From NCBI GenBank assembly GCA_016928955.1, contig JAFGJV010000043.1, positions 1-49,064 of the forward strand: 49,064 nucleotides of DNA, given 5' to 3'. Positions 18,502-28,311 of this stretch are shown here, one piece after another. The stretch comes from Spirochaetales bacterium. Lineage in GTDB: Bacteria; Spirochaetota; Spirochaetia; Treponematales; UBA12059. The number at the start of each line of letters is the position of its first letter. Position 1 is the stretch's first letter. A program made the translations under genes and the position numbers. A model generated the notes under the pieces. The model saw only the letters and a list, made by a program, of their open reading frames with translations, had not been told where the DNA came from and did no database searches.

Positions 18502-19725
18502 ATGAAAGCGAATCGCGCGGCGTATGCCCGGTCGCGCCTTGCCACGCTGGTCCTGGCCGTGGCCGTGCTGGCCTCGGTCGGGGCAAGCGCGGACGAATTC
18601 CGCCACGTGTTTGTGAAGGGCGACAAGTTCCGCGTCCTGTCCCGGGTGGACGAGGACGTGTACCTGGACCGCCGCTATTCCCATTCTGCGGAAATTCTCA
18701 ACCGCATAGCCTTCTCCGTGGAGGACGTCCGAGCTGACGGCTCGGGGCTTCTGGCCGGGACCTTTGACACCAGCGTGCGCTACGAGGGCGGCGCGTCCTA
18801 CGTCCGCGAGCAGTCCTACGAGTCCCGCTACTGGCAGTCGCCTGAAGGCCGCTATGACATAGCCGATACGTACTGGATGCCCGTGGTCAGGCACGTGCCC
18901 ACCTTTCCCGCGCGAGACCTCAAGCCGGGCGACACGTGGACCGCCCCCGGCGAGGAGCGCCACGACCTGCGCGACGGCTTCGGCATAGCCGAGCCTTACG
19001 TCATACCCATAGACGTGCGCTACCGCTACGTGGGGCCCGTCACGCGGGACGGACGCCAGCTCATGCTGATCGAGGCGTCGTATACCGTCTTCTACCGGCC
19101 CGAGCCTCCGCGGGGACCGGCCAATTTCTACCCGGTCCAGATAGCCGGCTACTCAGACCAGCTTTTGTACTGGGATCCAGAGCGCGGCGGCCTGGCCGAG
19201 TACGAGGAAGACTTCAAGTTCGTGTTCGACCTATCAAACGGCCGCAGCGTGGAATACCGCGGGGCGGCCAGCGCCAAGGTCATAGAGGCCGAACTCATGG
19301 ACCGGGCGACGCTCGCCCAGCGGGTGGAGGAAGCCGTGGACGGCTTGGACGGCGTCAGCGTGCAGAGCGACGAGCTTGGCGTGACCATCAGCCTGGAAGA
19401 CATCCAGTTTGAGGCCGATTCCGCCCGCCTTTTGCCTTCCGAACGCCAGAAAATCGAGCGGATTGCCGAGCTCCTGGCCGGCATCCCCGGCCGGGACATC
19501 CTGGTGGCCGGCCACACGGCCCTGGCTGGCACGGCCGAGGGCCGGCTCCAGCTGTCCGTGGAGCGGGCCAGGGCCGTGGCCGAGCTTCTCATAGCCCTGG
19601 GCGCCCGGACGCCGGAGGAAGTGACCGTGGCCGGTTACGGGGCGGACCGCCCGGTGGCCAGCAACACCACCGAGGCCGGCAGGTCCCGCAACCGCCGCGT
19701 GGAAATCACCATCCTGGAAAACTGA
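18502..19725 (+). CDS. Secreted protein with C-terminal OmpA/MotB-like peptidoglycan-binding domain
   Basis: Signal peptide; IQFEADSA, GHTA, LSVERARAV, RNRRVEI. Confidence 0.85.
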   Translation: MKANRAAYARSRLATLVLAVAVLASVGASADEFRHVFVKGDKFRVLSRVDEDVYLDRRYSHSAEILNRIAFSVEDVRADGSGLLAGTFDTSVRYEGGASYVREQSYESRYWQSPEGRYDIADTYWMPVVRHVPTFPARDLKPGDTWTAPGEERHDLRDGFGIAEPYVIPIDVRYRYVGPVTRDGRQLMLIEASYTVFYRPEPPRGPANFYPVQIAGYSDQLLYWDPERGGLAEYEEDFKFVFDLSNGRSVEYRGAASAKVIEAELMDRATLAQRVEEAVDGLDGVSVQSDELGVTISLEDIQFEADSARLLPSERQKIERIAELLAGIPGRDILVAGHTALAGTAEGRLQLSVERARAVAELLIALGARTPEEVTVAGYGADRPVASNTTEAGRSRNRRVEITILEN

Positions 19726-19840
19726 GCGGCCGGTGCTGGCTTCCCTTTACTCGGGCGGCCAAGACGCGATATGCTAAGGTCTCCGGACGGCGCCTCACGC
19801 GGGCCGCCCCCGGCCACATCGCCCACACACGGACGGAACC

Positions 19841-20683
19841 ATGCTTCCCCCCGGAACCCGCTCCCTCATCAAACGCGCCCTGGCCGAGGATCTCGGCAGG
19901 GCAGGCGACGTATCGTCGCTGGCCCTGTTCGGGCCGGCTGACCGCGACCGCTTTGTCCTGGTATCAAAGGACCAGGGCGTGGCCTGCGGCCTTGAGCTGT
20001 TCTCTGAGGTTTTCCGCGCCCTGGACAGACGCGTCCGGGTGGCGACAGGCCTTACGGACGGACAGCTCCTGTCCAAGGGCCAGCGCGTGGCCACCGTTGA
20101 AGGCCCCGTGCGCGCCATACTGTCAGGCGAGCGGACAGCCATCAACTTCCTGTCCCACCTTTCAGGCATAGCCACCAAAACGGCCGCCCTGGTGTCGTCG
20201 GCCGGGCCGGGCGCGCCGGCCGTGCTGGACACGCGCAAGACCATACCCGGCCTCAGGGCGCTGGAAAAGTACGCGGTGGCCACGGGCGGCGGCCGCAACC
20301 ACCGCATGGGCCTCTATGACATGGTCATGCTCAAGGACAACCACATAGACGCGGCCGGCGGCATACCCCAGGCCGTGGCCCGAGCCCGCGCCCGTTGGGG
20401 GCGGCGCTTCAAGATCGAGGTGGAAACCCGCAACCTGGACGAGGTCCAAAAGGCTTTGGACGCCGGGGCGGACCGCATCATGCTGGACAACATGGACGAC
20501 GCCACCATGCGGGAAGCCGTGGCCCTGGTGGCCGGCCGGGCCGAGACCGAGGCGTCAGGCAACATGACGCTGGAGCGCTACCGCACTTTGGCGGATTCAG
20601 GCATAGACTTTGTGTCCTTCGGGGAGCTGACGCACACGGTCAGGGCCTTTGACTTCTCGCTCAGAAAGGACGCGCGCCCGTGA
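19841..20683 (+). CDS. nadC: Nicotinate-nucleotide pyrophosphorylase (carboxylating)
   Basis: ALAEDLG, LDTRKTIPG, NHRMGL, MLKDNH, IEVE, IMLDN, EASGN. Confidence 0.95.
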   Translation: MLPPGTRSLIKRALAEDLGRAGDVSSLALFGPADRDRFVLVSKDQGVACGLELFSEVFRALDRRVRVATGLTDGQLLSKGQRVATVEGPVRAILSGERTAINFLSHLSGIATKTAALVSSAGPGAPAVLDTRKTIPGLRALEKYAVATGGGRNHRMGLYDMVMLKDNHIDAAGGIPQAVARARARWGRRFKIEVETRNLDEVQKALDAGADRIMLDNMDDATMREAVALVAGRAETEASGNMTLERYRTLADSGIDFVSFGELTHTVRAFDFSLRKDARP

Positions 20684-21750
20684 ACGCAACCATGACCGAC
20701 GATCTTGACCTCCGGGTCAAGCGCCTGAAAGAGAGCCTGGGCGGCCGCGTTTCCGTCCCGGCACACCACTACCAGCGCCCGAACATCGTGCGCCATGCGG
20801 ACCTGGTCGGTGACTCATACCGCCTGGCCGTGGCCGCGTCGCGTTCGGAAGCGTCGTACATCATACTCTGCGGCGTGCGCTTCATGGCGGAGAGCGCCGC
20901 CATCCTGGCCAGGCCAGACCAGCGGGTCCTGTCACCCGACCTGGCCGCCGGCTGTCCCATGGCGGACATGATAGACCTGGCGGGGGCCAGCATGGCCCTG
21001 GCCAGCCTGAAAGCCGCCGGAGTGGCCGACCCCGCGCCCGTGGTGTACATGAATTCGAACGCTGACGTCAAAGCCCTGGCCGGCTCGCTCGGCGGCTCGG
21101 TGTGCACGTCCAGCAACGCGTCTGCGGTGGTCCGGCATTATCTGGACAGGGGCCGACCCGTGTTCTTTGCGCCTGACCGCAACCTGGCCATGAACACTGC
21201 CAAGCGCCTCGGGCTGGATTCCGGCGCCGTGTTCCTGGTCGGCAAGGACGGGAGCATCAGGGGCCAGGGCGACCCGTCACGGGGCCTACTCTTTGCCTGG
21301 GACGGCTTTTGCCACGTGCACCGCCGCTTTACCCTGGACCAGGTCCGGGCCGCCCGCCAGAAGCATCCCGGCGCCCGCCTGATCGTCCACCCCGAGTGCG
21401 ATCCTGAACTGGTGGACCTGTCCGACGACTCGGGGTCCACGGAAGGCATGCAGAACGCCATCCGCGACGGCGGACCCGGCCGCGCGTGGATAGTCGGTAC
21501 GGAATCCAACTTTGTGCTCAGGCTGGCCTCTGAATATCCGGACCGGACGGTTGAGCCCCTGGCCCTGTCATACTGCCCGGACATGTCGCTCATCACCCGG
21601 GAAACCCTGATATGCTCGCTGGAATCCATAGTAGCCTTTGAATCCGGCTCGGGCCCCCTGGTTCATGAGCTCAGGATAGAAGGACAGTTGCGCGACCAGG
21701 CGGCTTCCGCCCTCCGCGCCATGGTGGACATCGTGGAAGGCCGTTCATGA
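20680..21750 (+). CDS. nadA: Quinolinate synthase A
   Basis: HHYQ, GDS, CGVRFMAE, AGCPMA, CTSSNA, CHVH, HPEC, third Cys in YCPDM. Confidence 0.93.
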   Translation: MNATMTDDLDLRVKRLKESLGGRVSVPAHHYQRPNIVRHADLVGDSYRLAVAASRSEASYIILCGVRFMAESAAILARPDQRVLSPDLAAGCPMADMIDLAGASMALASLKAAGVADPAPVVYMNSNADVKALAGSLGGSVCTSSNASAVVRHYLDRGRPVFFAPDRNLAMNTAKRLGLDSGAVFLVGKDGSIRGQGDPSRGLLFAWDGFCHVHRRFTLDQVRAARQKHPGARLIVHPECDPELVDLSDDSGSTEGMQNAIRDGGPGRAWIVGTESNFVLRLASEYPDRTVEPLALSYCPDMSLITRETLICSLESIVAFESGSGPLVHELRIEGQLRDQAASALRAMVDIVEGRS

Positions 21751-23312
21751 GACAGCACAGGGACGTGGTCGTCATAGGCTCGGGCATAGCGGGCCTGTGC
21801 GCGGCCATCACGGCCAAGGAAGCTGGCCTTGACGTACTGGTGCTCAGCAAGGCGGACTCGCCGGCGGAGACCAACACCAACTACGCGCAGGGCGGCATCA
21901 TAGCCCGCGGCCGAGACGACAGCCCTGAGCTCCTGGCCAAGGATGTGCTGGAAGCCGGCGTCCAGCTGAACAAGCAGGACGCCGTCCGCCTGCTCGCTGA
22001 GGAAGGGCCGGACCTGGTGTACTCCTTCCTGGTGGACAAGGTCGGCGTGGCCTTCAGCCGGGACTCGGACGGCGGGCTGGACTACACCGAGGAGGCCGCC
22101 CACTCGTCGCGCCGCATCCTCCATTTTGAGGACCACACGGGCGACGCCATAGAGTCGGCCCTCCTTGCCTACGCCCGGCTCGTGGGCGTGGACATACGCC
22201 CGGCCGCCACCGCCGTTGACCTTATCACCAACAACCACCACTCGTCGGACAGCCAGGAAATCTACCGCGAGCGCGAGGTGCTGGGCTGTTACGTCATGGA
22301 CAACCGAACGGGAACCGTGGACACCATACTGGCAAACCACGTGGTCCTGGCGGCCGGCGGCCTTGGCAACATATACCAGTACACCACCAACCCGCCAGAG
22401 GCCACCGGCGACGGCATAGCCATGGCCTACCGGGCCGGCGCGGACATCATCAACGCCGAATACGTCCAGTTCCATCCCACGGCCCTCTTCCACAAGGACA
22501 TACGCCGCTTTTTGGTGTCAGAGTCCCTGCGCGGCGAGGGGGCGCGTCTCCTGAACCACTCAGGCGAATTTTTCATGGGCCGCTACTCGCCCCAGGCCGA
22601 ACTCGCGCCGCGCGATGTGGTTGCCCGCGCCATATATGCGGAGATGGCGCGGGAAGGCCAGAGTTACATGTACCTGGACCTGGCAAACCATTACCGGGGA
22701 GAAAAACCCATCCGGGAGCGCTTCCGCCGCATATGGTCCACCTGCATGGAAGGCGGCCTGGACATAGAAAAGGACCCCATACCCATCACCCCGGCCGCCC
22801 ACTATTTCTGCGGAGGGGTCAAGGTTGACCAAGACGGCAGGTCGTCGGTCAGGCGCCTGTACGCCGTGGGGGAATCGTCGTGCACGGGCGTGCATGGGGC
22901 CAACCGCCTAGCGTCCACGTCCCTGCTCGAGGGCCTGGTGTGGGGCGTCAGGGCGGCACGCAGCATAGCCGCCGAGCGCGAGCCCGTGCCCGCTGTCCGC
23001 CACAACGCCATCCCGGACTGGAAGTTCCCCTCGTCGCCCGACGCGTTCGAGCCCAGCCTGATTTACCAGGACTGGAACCTGATCAAGCTGACCATGTGGA
23101 ACCACGCGGGCATCGTGCGCACGCGGCGGGGCCTGGAGCGCGCCCACGCCGACCTTAACTACCACGCCCACCGCATCCAGAAATTCTACAAGGAAGCCGT
23201 GCTGTCCCGTGACCTGGTGGAACTCCGGAACGGCGTCATGGCCGCCCAGCTGGTTGTGGCCGAGGCCATGCACAACGAGCGCTCGGCCGGCTGCCATTAC
23301 AGGGTAGACTGA
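21747..23312 (+). CDS. nadB: L-aspartate oxidase
   Basis: GSGIAG, YAQGGI, QFHPT, SESLRGEG, ELAPRDVVARAI, HYFCGG, HGANRLASTSLLE. Confidence 0.95.
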   Translation: MRQHRDVVVIGSGIAGLCAAITAKEAGLDVLVLSKADSPAETNTNYAQGGIIARGRDDSPELLAKDVLEAGVQLNKQDAVRLLAEEGPDLVYSFLVDKVGVAFSRDSDGGLDYTEEAAHSSRRILHFEDHTGDAIESALLAYARLVGVDIRPAATAVDLITNNHHSSDSQEIYREREVLGCYVMDNRTGTVDTILANHVVLAAGGLGNIYQYTTNPPEATGDGIAMAYRAGADIINAEYVQFHPTALFHKDIRRFLVSESLRGEGARLLNHSGEFFMGRYSPQAELAPRDVVARAIYAEMAREGQSYMYLDLANHYRGEKPIRERFRRIWSTCMEGGLDIEKDPIPITPAAHYFCGGVKVDQDGRSSVRRLYAVGESSCTGVHGANRLASTSLLEGLVWGVRAARSIAAEREPVPAVRHNAIPDWKFPSSPDAFEPSLIYQDWNLIKLTMWNHAGIVRTRRGLERAHADLNYHAHRIQKFYKEAVLSRDLVELRNGVMAAQLVVAEAMHNERSAGCHYRVD

Positions 23313-23319
23313 ACCACGG

Positions 23320-23349
23320 CCCGGGGGCTTGAACGCGTCCGGGCTTTTT
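23320..23349 (+). terminator. Probable terminator after nadB
   Basis: GCCCGG...CCGGGC hairpin followed by TTTTT. Confidence 0.45.
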
Positions 23350-23360
23350 GCTATTTTATT

Positions 23361-23378
23361 TATGAACTATTGCTCATA
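23361..23378. promoter_or_regulatory. SmtB/CadC-type operator
   Basis: Imperfect palindrome TATGAACTATTGCTCATA directly upstream of the ArsR-family gene. Confidence 0.7.
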
Positions 23379-23414
23379 TCTTCATTTGATTACGGACGCT
23401 GAAAGGAAACGCGC

Positions 23415-23810
23415 ATGACCGACGCTACCAGGCGTACAAAAGGGGAAGCGCTGGCGCCTACCTGTTCCTGCTCGGATACGCATGAGCCCGCCTTGGCCTC
23501 AGCCAGGGCCGCCGAGCTGCCCGTGGGCACCCTCCTTGGCCTTGCGGACCTGTTCAAGGTGCTGGGCGATCCTACCCGCCTGCGCATCGTGAACGCGCTG
23601 GCGGTAGCCGACGAGCTGTGCGTGTGCGACCTTTCGGCCGCCCTGTCCCTGAGCCAGTCGGCTGTCAGCCACCAGCTGGCCGTGCTCCGGCGGGCCCGCC
23701 TGGCCCGGCCGCGGCGCGACGGCAAAACCGTGTTCTATGCCCTGGATGACGAGCATGTGCGCGCCCTCCTGGCCCTTGGCCTTGAGCACGCCCGGGAAGG
23801 ATCCCTATGA
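23415..23810 (+). CDS. ArsR/SmtB-family metal-sensing repressor
   Basis: FKVLGDPTRLRI, ELCVCDL, SQSAVSHQL, DDEHV...EH, N-terminal CSC. Confidence 0.92.
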   Translation: MTDATRRTKGEALAPTCSCSDTHEPALASARAAELPVGTLLGLADLFKVLGDPTRLRIVNALAVADELCVCDLSAALSLSQSAVSHQLAVLRRARLARPRRDGKTVFYALDDEHVRALLALGLEHAREGSL

Positions 23811-25798
23811 ATTCCGCCCACGACCACCACCACACCGATTGCGCCCCAGGCGGCTCCGGCGCCTGCCCGGACGACGGCTGCCACGCCTGCGCGGTGAACG
23901 CCAGGCCGCTGCCGCGCTCGGGCACCCGCCTCATGTCGGCAGAACGGGCCAGGGAGCTTGCCCGCATCCTGGCGGCCCTGGCGCTCGGCGCCGCCGGCAT
24001 ACTTCTGTGGGAAACCAAGGCGCTCGGCGCCGTTGTGGCGGGATCCGTGCTGGCCGCGGCCTACCTCTTGGCCGGCACGCCGGTGTTGCTTGGCGCGGCC
24101 CGCAATATCGCCCGCGGCCGCGTGTTCGACGAGCTGTTCCTGATGGCCGTGGCGTCGCTCGGGGCCTTTGCCATCGGAGCCATGGAGGAAGCGGTAGGCG
24201 TCATGGTGTTCTACACGCTGGGCGAATTCCTCCAGGAAGGCGCCGCGGAGAAGAGCCGCCGTTCCATCAGCGCCGTGCTGGAACTCAGGCCGGACAAGGC
24301 CCGCGTTCTGAGGGACGGCTTGTGGACGGACGCCACCCCGGACGACGTTGAGCCCGGCGACTTTGTGCTGGTACGGCCCGGCGAGCGCGTTCCCGTGGAC
24401 GGCGTGGTCACGGAGGGGTCCGGTTCCTTTGACACTTCCGCCCTGACCGGGGAGAGCATGCCCCGTTCCGTGGCCCCCGGCGGCCAGGCGCTGGCCGGTT
24501 TCATAAGCATTGACGCAGCTCTGACCATACGCGCCGAGCGAGCGGCGTCCGCGTCGCAGGCGTCGCGCGTCATAGAGCTGGTGGAGCGTGCGGCAAAAGC
24601 CAAGGCCAGGACCGAGCTCTTCATCAGCCGCTTTGCCAAATGGTACACGCCGGCCGTGGTGTTCGCGTCTTTGGCGCTGGCCCTGCTCCCGCCGCTTTTG
24701 GTACCCGGACAGCGCCTGTCCGTTTGGGCCTATAGGGCCCTGGTGATGCTGGTCATATCCTGCCCCTGTGCCTTTGTGATCAGCGTGCCACTGGGCTACC
24801 TGGGCGGGCTTGGCGGGGCCGCCAGGCGCGGCATCCTGATCAAAGGAGCCAACGTCCTGGACGCTTTGGCCGACGCTCGCACCGTGGTGTTCGACAAAAC
24901 GGGCACGCTCACGGACGGAAGCTTCAGGGTGACCGAACTCCTGCCCGAGCCCGGCGTCGATCCGGACGAGCTCTTGCGCCACGCCGCGGCCGCCGGAACC
25001 CATTCCAACCATCCCCTGGCGCGGGCAGTGCGCGACGCCTGGCAGGTTACCGGTCGGCCCCACCCCGGCTGTGACGCGGGAAGCTACTCCGAATTGCCGG
25101 GCCACGGCACGGCGGCGACCCTGGATGGCCGGGAGGTGCTTGCCGGTTCCGACGGCATACTCCACCTGCGCTCGGTGCCGCATGATTGCCGTCCGTCGTC
25201 CGAAAGCGTCATCCACGTGGCCGCGGGCGGCCGCTACCTTGGCCGCATAGAGGCGGGAGACACGCTCAAGGCCGACGCCCCAGACTCAGTGGACAGACTC
25301 CGGGCCCTGGGCATACGCCGGGTGGCCATGCTTACGGGCGACGCTCCAGCGCCGGCCCAACGCGCCGCGGCGGCGGCGGGCGTATCCGAACTCCACCATG
25401 GCCTTTTGCCGAAAGGCAAGCTCGAGCGCCTGGAAGCCATCCTGGCCGACGAGCGCGGCAGAGGCACGGTCATCTTTGTGGGCGACGGCATCAACGACGC
25501 GCCGGCCCTGGCTCGCGCCGACGCGGGCATAGCCATGGGCGCGTCAGGCGCGGACGCCGCGGTGGAAAGCGCAGACGTGGTGCTGATGGGGCATGAACCG
25601 AGCCTGGTGGCGGAAGCCGTGAGCCGAGCCAGGCGCACCAGGCGCATCGTCACCCAGAACATACTCCTGGCGCTCGGCGTCAAGCTGGTGTTCCTGGGTT
25701 TTGGCGCCTTTGGCCTGGCCGCCATGTGGGAAGCCGTGATAGCCGACGTGGGCGTGGCCCTGGCGGCCGTGCTCAACTCTACCCGCGCGCTGAAATGA
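23807..25798 (+). CDS. cadA: Zn/Cd/Pb-translocating P1B-type ATPase
   Basis: TGES, SCPC, DKTGT, HP, GDGINDAP, ADVG; His/Cys-rich N-terminus instead of an HMA domain. Confidence 0.92.
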   Translation: MNSAHDHHHTDCAPGGSGACPDDGCHACAVNARPLPRSGTRLMSAERARELARILAALALGAAGILLWETKALGAVVAGSVLAAAYLLAGTPVLLGAARNIARGRVFDELFLMAVASLGAFAIGAMEEAVGVMVFYTLGEFLQEGAAEKSRRSISAVLELRPDKARVLRDGLWTDATPDDVEPGDFVLVRPGERVPVDGVVTEGSGSFDTSALTGESMPRSVAPGGQALAGFISIDAALTIRAERAASASQASRVIELVERAAKAKARTELFISRFAKWYTPAVVFASLALALLPPLLVPGQRLSVWAYRALVMLVISCPCAFVISVPLGYLGGLGGAARRGILIKGANVLDALADARTVVFDKTGTLTDGSFRVTELLPEPGVDPDELLRHAAAAGTHSNHPLARAVRDAWQVTGRPHPGCDAGSYSELPGHGTAATLDGREVLAGSDGILHLRSVPHDCRPSSESVIHVAAGGRYLGRIEAGDTLKADAPDSVDRLRALGIRRVAMLTGDAPAPAQRAAAAAGVSELHHGLLPKGKLERLEAILADERGRGTVIFVGDGINDAPALARADAGIAMGASGADAAVESADVVLMGHEPSLVAEAVSRARRTRRIVTQNILLALGVKLVFLGFGAFGLAAMWEAVIADVGVALAAVLNSTRALK

Positions 25799-25803
25799 AG
25801 GCT

Positions 25804-25822
25804 GGGAGCCCGCAAGGCTCCC
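25804..25822. terminator. Hairpin between convergent ATPase and MCP genes
   Basis: GGGAGCC-CGCAA-GGCTCCC. Confidence 0.45.
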
Positions 25823-25827
25823 CGCCA

Positions 25828-28008
25828 TCACACCTTGAAACGCTTGGTGCCCGCGTCCACCTTGATGATCAGTTCCGAATTGTGCTCGCCCACAGACGCC
25901 ACCTTGCCGGTAACGGTCAGGATGTTGTCCGATTCGGTGGCTATGTCCTTCATGCTGGCTTTCAGGTCCTCGGTGATGGCCAGAAGATTGCGCATCTCGG
26001 CGCCCATGGCGCCCGCGCCCGAGGTCATCTCCGCAGACGCACCGCGCACCTCGTCGGTGATGTTGCGTATGGTAGCCAGGGCGTCCAGCACCAGGCGCGA
26101 ACCGGCGTCCTGCTCGGACACCGCCGACTTGACCTCGGCCTCCAGATCGCTCACCCGCTTTACAAGCTCAAGGATTTCGGAGAAGGCCTTTTCCGCCTCG
26201 CCAGCCGACAGCACCACGCGGTCTATGCCGGCGCGTATGGTCCCTATGTTTCCAGCGATTTCCTTGGACCGGCCGGCCGACACCTCCGCCAGCTTGCGTA
26301 TCTCGTCGGCCACCACCGCAAAGCCGGCGCCAGCATCGCCCGCGTGGGCTGCCTCTATGGCCGCGTTCATGGCCAGCAGGTTGGTCTGCGCGGCTATGGA
26401 CTGGATGACCTTGTTCGCGTCTATCAGCACCTGGGACCGGCCGGATATGTCGCGCACCAGCTCGCCAACGCCGGCCAGCTTGGTCTTGCCGGAGTCGCCG
26501 GACTCTACCAGCTTGTCCATGTAGCCCGCGAAGTTGTCCATGTTGCGCGATATGGACGCCATGTTGCCGACCATTTCCTCTATGGAAGCGGACGACTCAG
26601 ACACGCCGTCGCGCTGGCGTTCGATCATGCGGTCGAGCGACTCTATGTTACGCGTGATCTGCTCAACCGTGGAGGATACCTCCTCCACGCTGGCCGCCTG
26701 GTTGACCGCCCTCTGGACCATAGCCTCTATGGCCCCGTCTATGCGGCTCACCGCGTCCGTGGCTCCGGCGGTGGCCGCGTCCAGTTCCTCCGAGCCGTTC
26801 TTGAGCTCGGCCACCGCGTCCTTGATGGACGATATGATGCCGGACAACTTTTCCGCAAAGCGGTCAAACGAACGCGAGAACTCGCCGATCTCGTCCTTGG
26901 CCTTGATATTGAGGCGCCTGGTGAGGTCGCCCTCGCCCTCGGCTATGTCACGCAGGAGCTCGTCCGCCAGGCGGGCCGGCCTGGCCACGGCTCCCGCCAC
27001 CAGCCAGGTGACCACGCCCTGCCCCAGGATGACCGCCGCAAACGCGCCGAACAGCATGAGCATGAGAAGAGGAACACCCGAACTCTTGCGTATGTCCTCC
27101 AGCGGCGTCTCGGTCATGAGCGACCATGGGTAACGCGTGGTGGCCACCCTGACCGGCACGTAATTGCGCAGGTACACGGCGCCATCCGCGTCTTCGTACT
27201 CGTAGGACGCCGCCTCGCCCTTGCGTATGGCCTGGGAATCGCCCGGCCGCGACGTGGACACGCTCATTACGGACTTGCCCACCAGGCTCAGGTCGGGGTT
27301 TGTCAGGAACACGTAGTCGTTGTCCAAAAGCGCCGCCCGGCCGCCCAGGTCGCGGGCTATCTGCAGGGCCAGGTCCTTAAAATCCTGGGCGTCCAGCTCC
27401 ACGCCTATGACGCCCACGGACTTGCCCCCGGATATGATGGGAGCGGCCACCGAGAACAATTGTCGACCGCCCTCACCCTGGCCGCCCCTGCTGTACGGGC
27501 CCACGATGGCCTCAGACAAACTGGTATACGGGGACACAAAGCGTTTCTCGGCGCGGACATCGTCCGTGAGCGAACGCTCGTCCAGGTCGTCGCCGGAGCG
27601 GCGTATCTCAAAACCGAACGCCCCGCTTTCAGTCCCGTATTTGCGGCCCGCGTAGACCGCGTCGTACGCGTCAACCGTGTCGTTTCCCCAGAGCGTCCAT
27701 ATGGAAAGAAAATCTGCGTTGCGTTCTATGACGGGCAACATGATGCCCGCAAGGTCAGCCCTGCGGGTCCGTTCGTCCAGGGCCGAGTAACCCTCAATGA
27801 TGGTAGCCAGGGTGCGAACCGTGGCAAAGGGGCTTTCCAGCCTGGCTTCCATCCTGTACGCGTAGCGCTCGACGGTGGCGCCCACCTGGCGCTTGGCCCC
27901 GTCCAAAGCGGCGCTGACCGTGGTGACCACGGCCACAGCGGCCGCGGCGCTGAACAACAGCACGGATACGGCTATTACCGGTACAAGAATCTTGCTGCGT
28001 ATCCTCAC
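25828..28008 (-). CDS. Methyl-accepting chemotaxis protein (Cache-like sensor, HAMP, signalling domain)
   Basis: Two TM segments, GEGDLTRRL...DEIG HAMP, QTNLLAMNAAIEAAHAGDAGAGFAVVADEIRKLAE; GTG 28008 behind GGGAGG. Confidence 0.95.
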   Translation of the reverse strand: MRIRSKILVPVIAVSVLLFSAAAAVAVVTTVSAALDGAKRQVGATVERYAYRMEARLESPFATVRTLATIIEGYSALDERTRRADLAGIMLPVIERNADFLSIWTLWGNDTVDAYDAVYAGRKYGTESGAFGFEIRRSGDDLDERSLTDDVRAEKRFVSPYTSLSEAIVGPYSRGGQGEGGRQLFSVAAPIISGGKSVGVIGVELDAQDFKDLALQIARDLGGRAALLDNDYVFLTNPDLSLVGKSVMSVSTSRPGDSQAIRKGEAASYEYEDADGAVYLRNYVPVRVATTRYPWSLMTETPLEDIRKSSGVPLLMLMLFGAFAAVILGQGVVTWLVAGAVARPARLADELLRDIAEGEGDLTRRLNIKAKDEIGEFSRSFDRFAEKLSGIISSIKDAVAELKNGSEELDAATAGATDAVSRIDGAIEAMVQRAVNQAASVEEVSSTVEQITRNIESLDRMIERQRDGVSESSASIEEMVGNMASISRNMDNFAGYMDKLVESGDSGKTKLAGVGELVRDISGRSQVLIDANKVIQSIAAQTNLLAMNAAIEAAHAGDAGAGFAVVADEIRKLAEVSAGRSKEIAGNIGTIRAGIDRVVLSAGEAEKAFSEILELVKRVSDLEAEVKSAVSEQDAGSRLVLDALATIRNITDEVRGASAEMTSGAGAMGAEMRNLLAITEDLKASMKDIATESDNILTVTGKVASVGEHNSELIIKVDAGTKRFKV

Positions 28009-28212
28009 CTGGGGCCTCCCGTGTGTGTGGCCCCGCGCCGCCGAATCGCGGGACCGGATGCTCACGTTTGTTTATGCCATGCCGTTACCGGGAATGCTGG
28101 TCAGCACCTCGCTTTCATTATCGGCACAGTCCAGTATAGCCCAGCTTTTGGCAAAAATATAGATGCTATCGATAGTAGCGACCCGGACAATGCGCCTGAG
28201 ATGATCCACGCT

Positions 28213-28228
28213 CCGGTTCCAGCCCGGC
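28213..28228 (+). repeat. 16-bp direct repeat, left copy
   Basis: CCGGTTCCAGCCCGGC, identical to 31331-31346. Confidence 0.85.
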
Positions 28229-28230
28229 GG

Positions 28231-28261
28231 AAAAAAAGCCCATCCCGCGGTCGGGATGGGC
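28231..28261 (-). terminator. Rho-independent terminator of the lipoprotein cassette
   Basis: 10-bp stem GCCCATCCCG/CGGGATGGGC with T7 tract on the minus strand. Confidence 0.85.
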
Positions 28262-28311
28262 CATGGCAGCGGGAAGCCCTGATTCCAGGATGCTTCCCGC
28301 CATGCGCGCTA

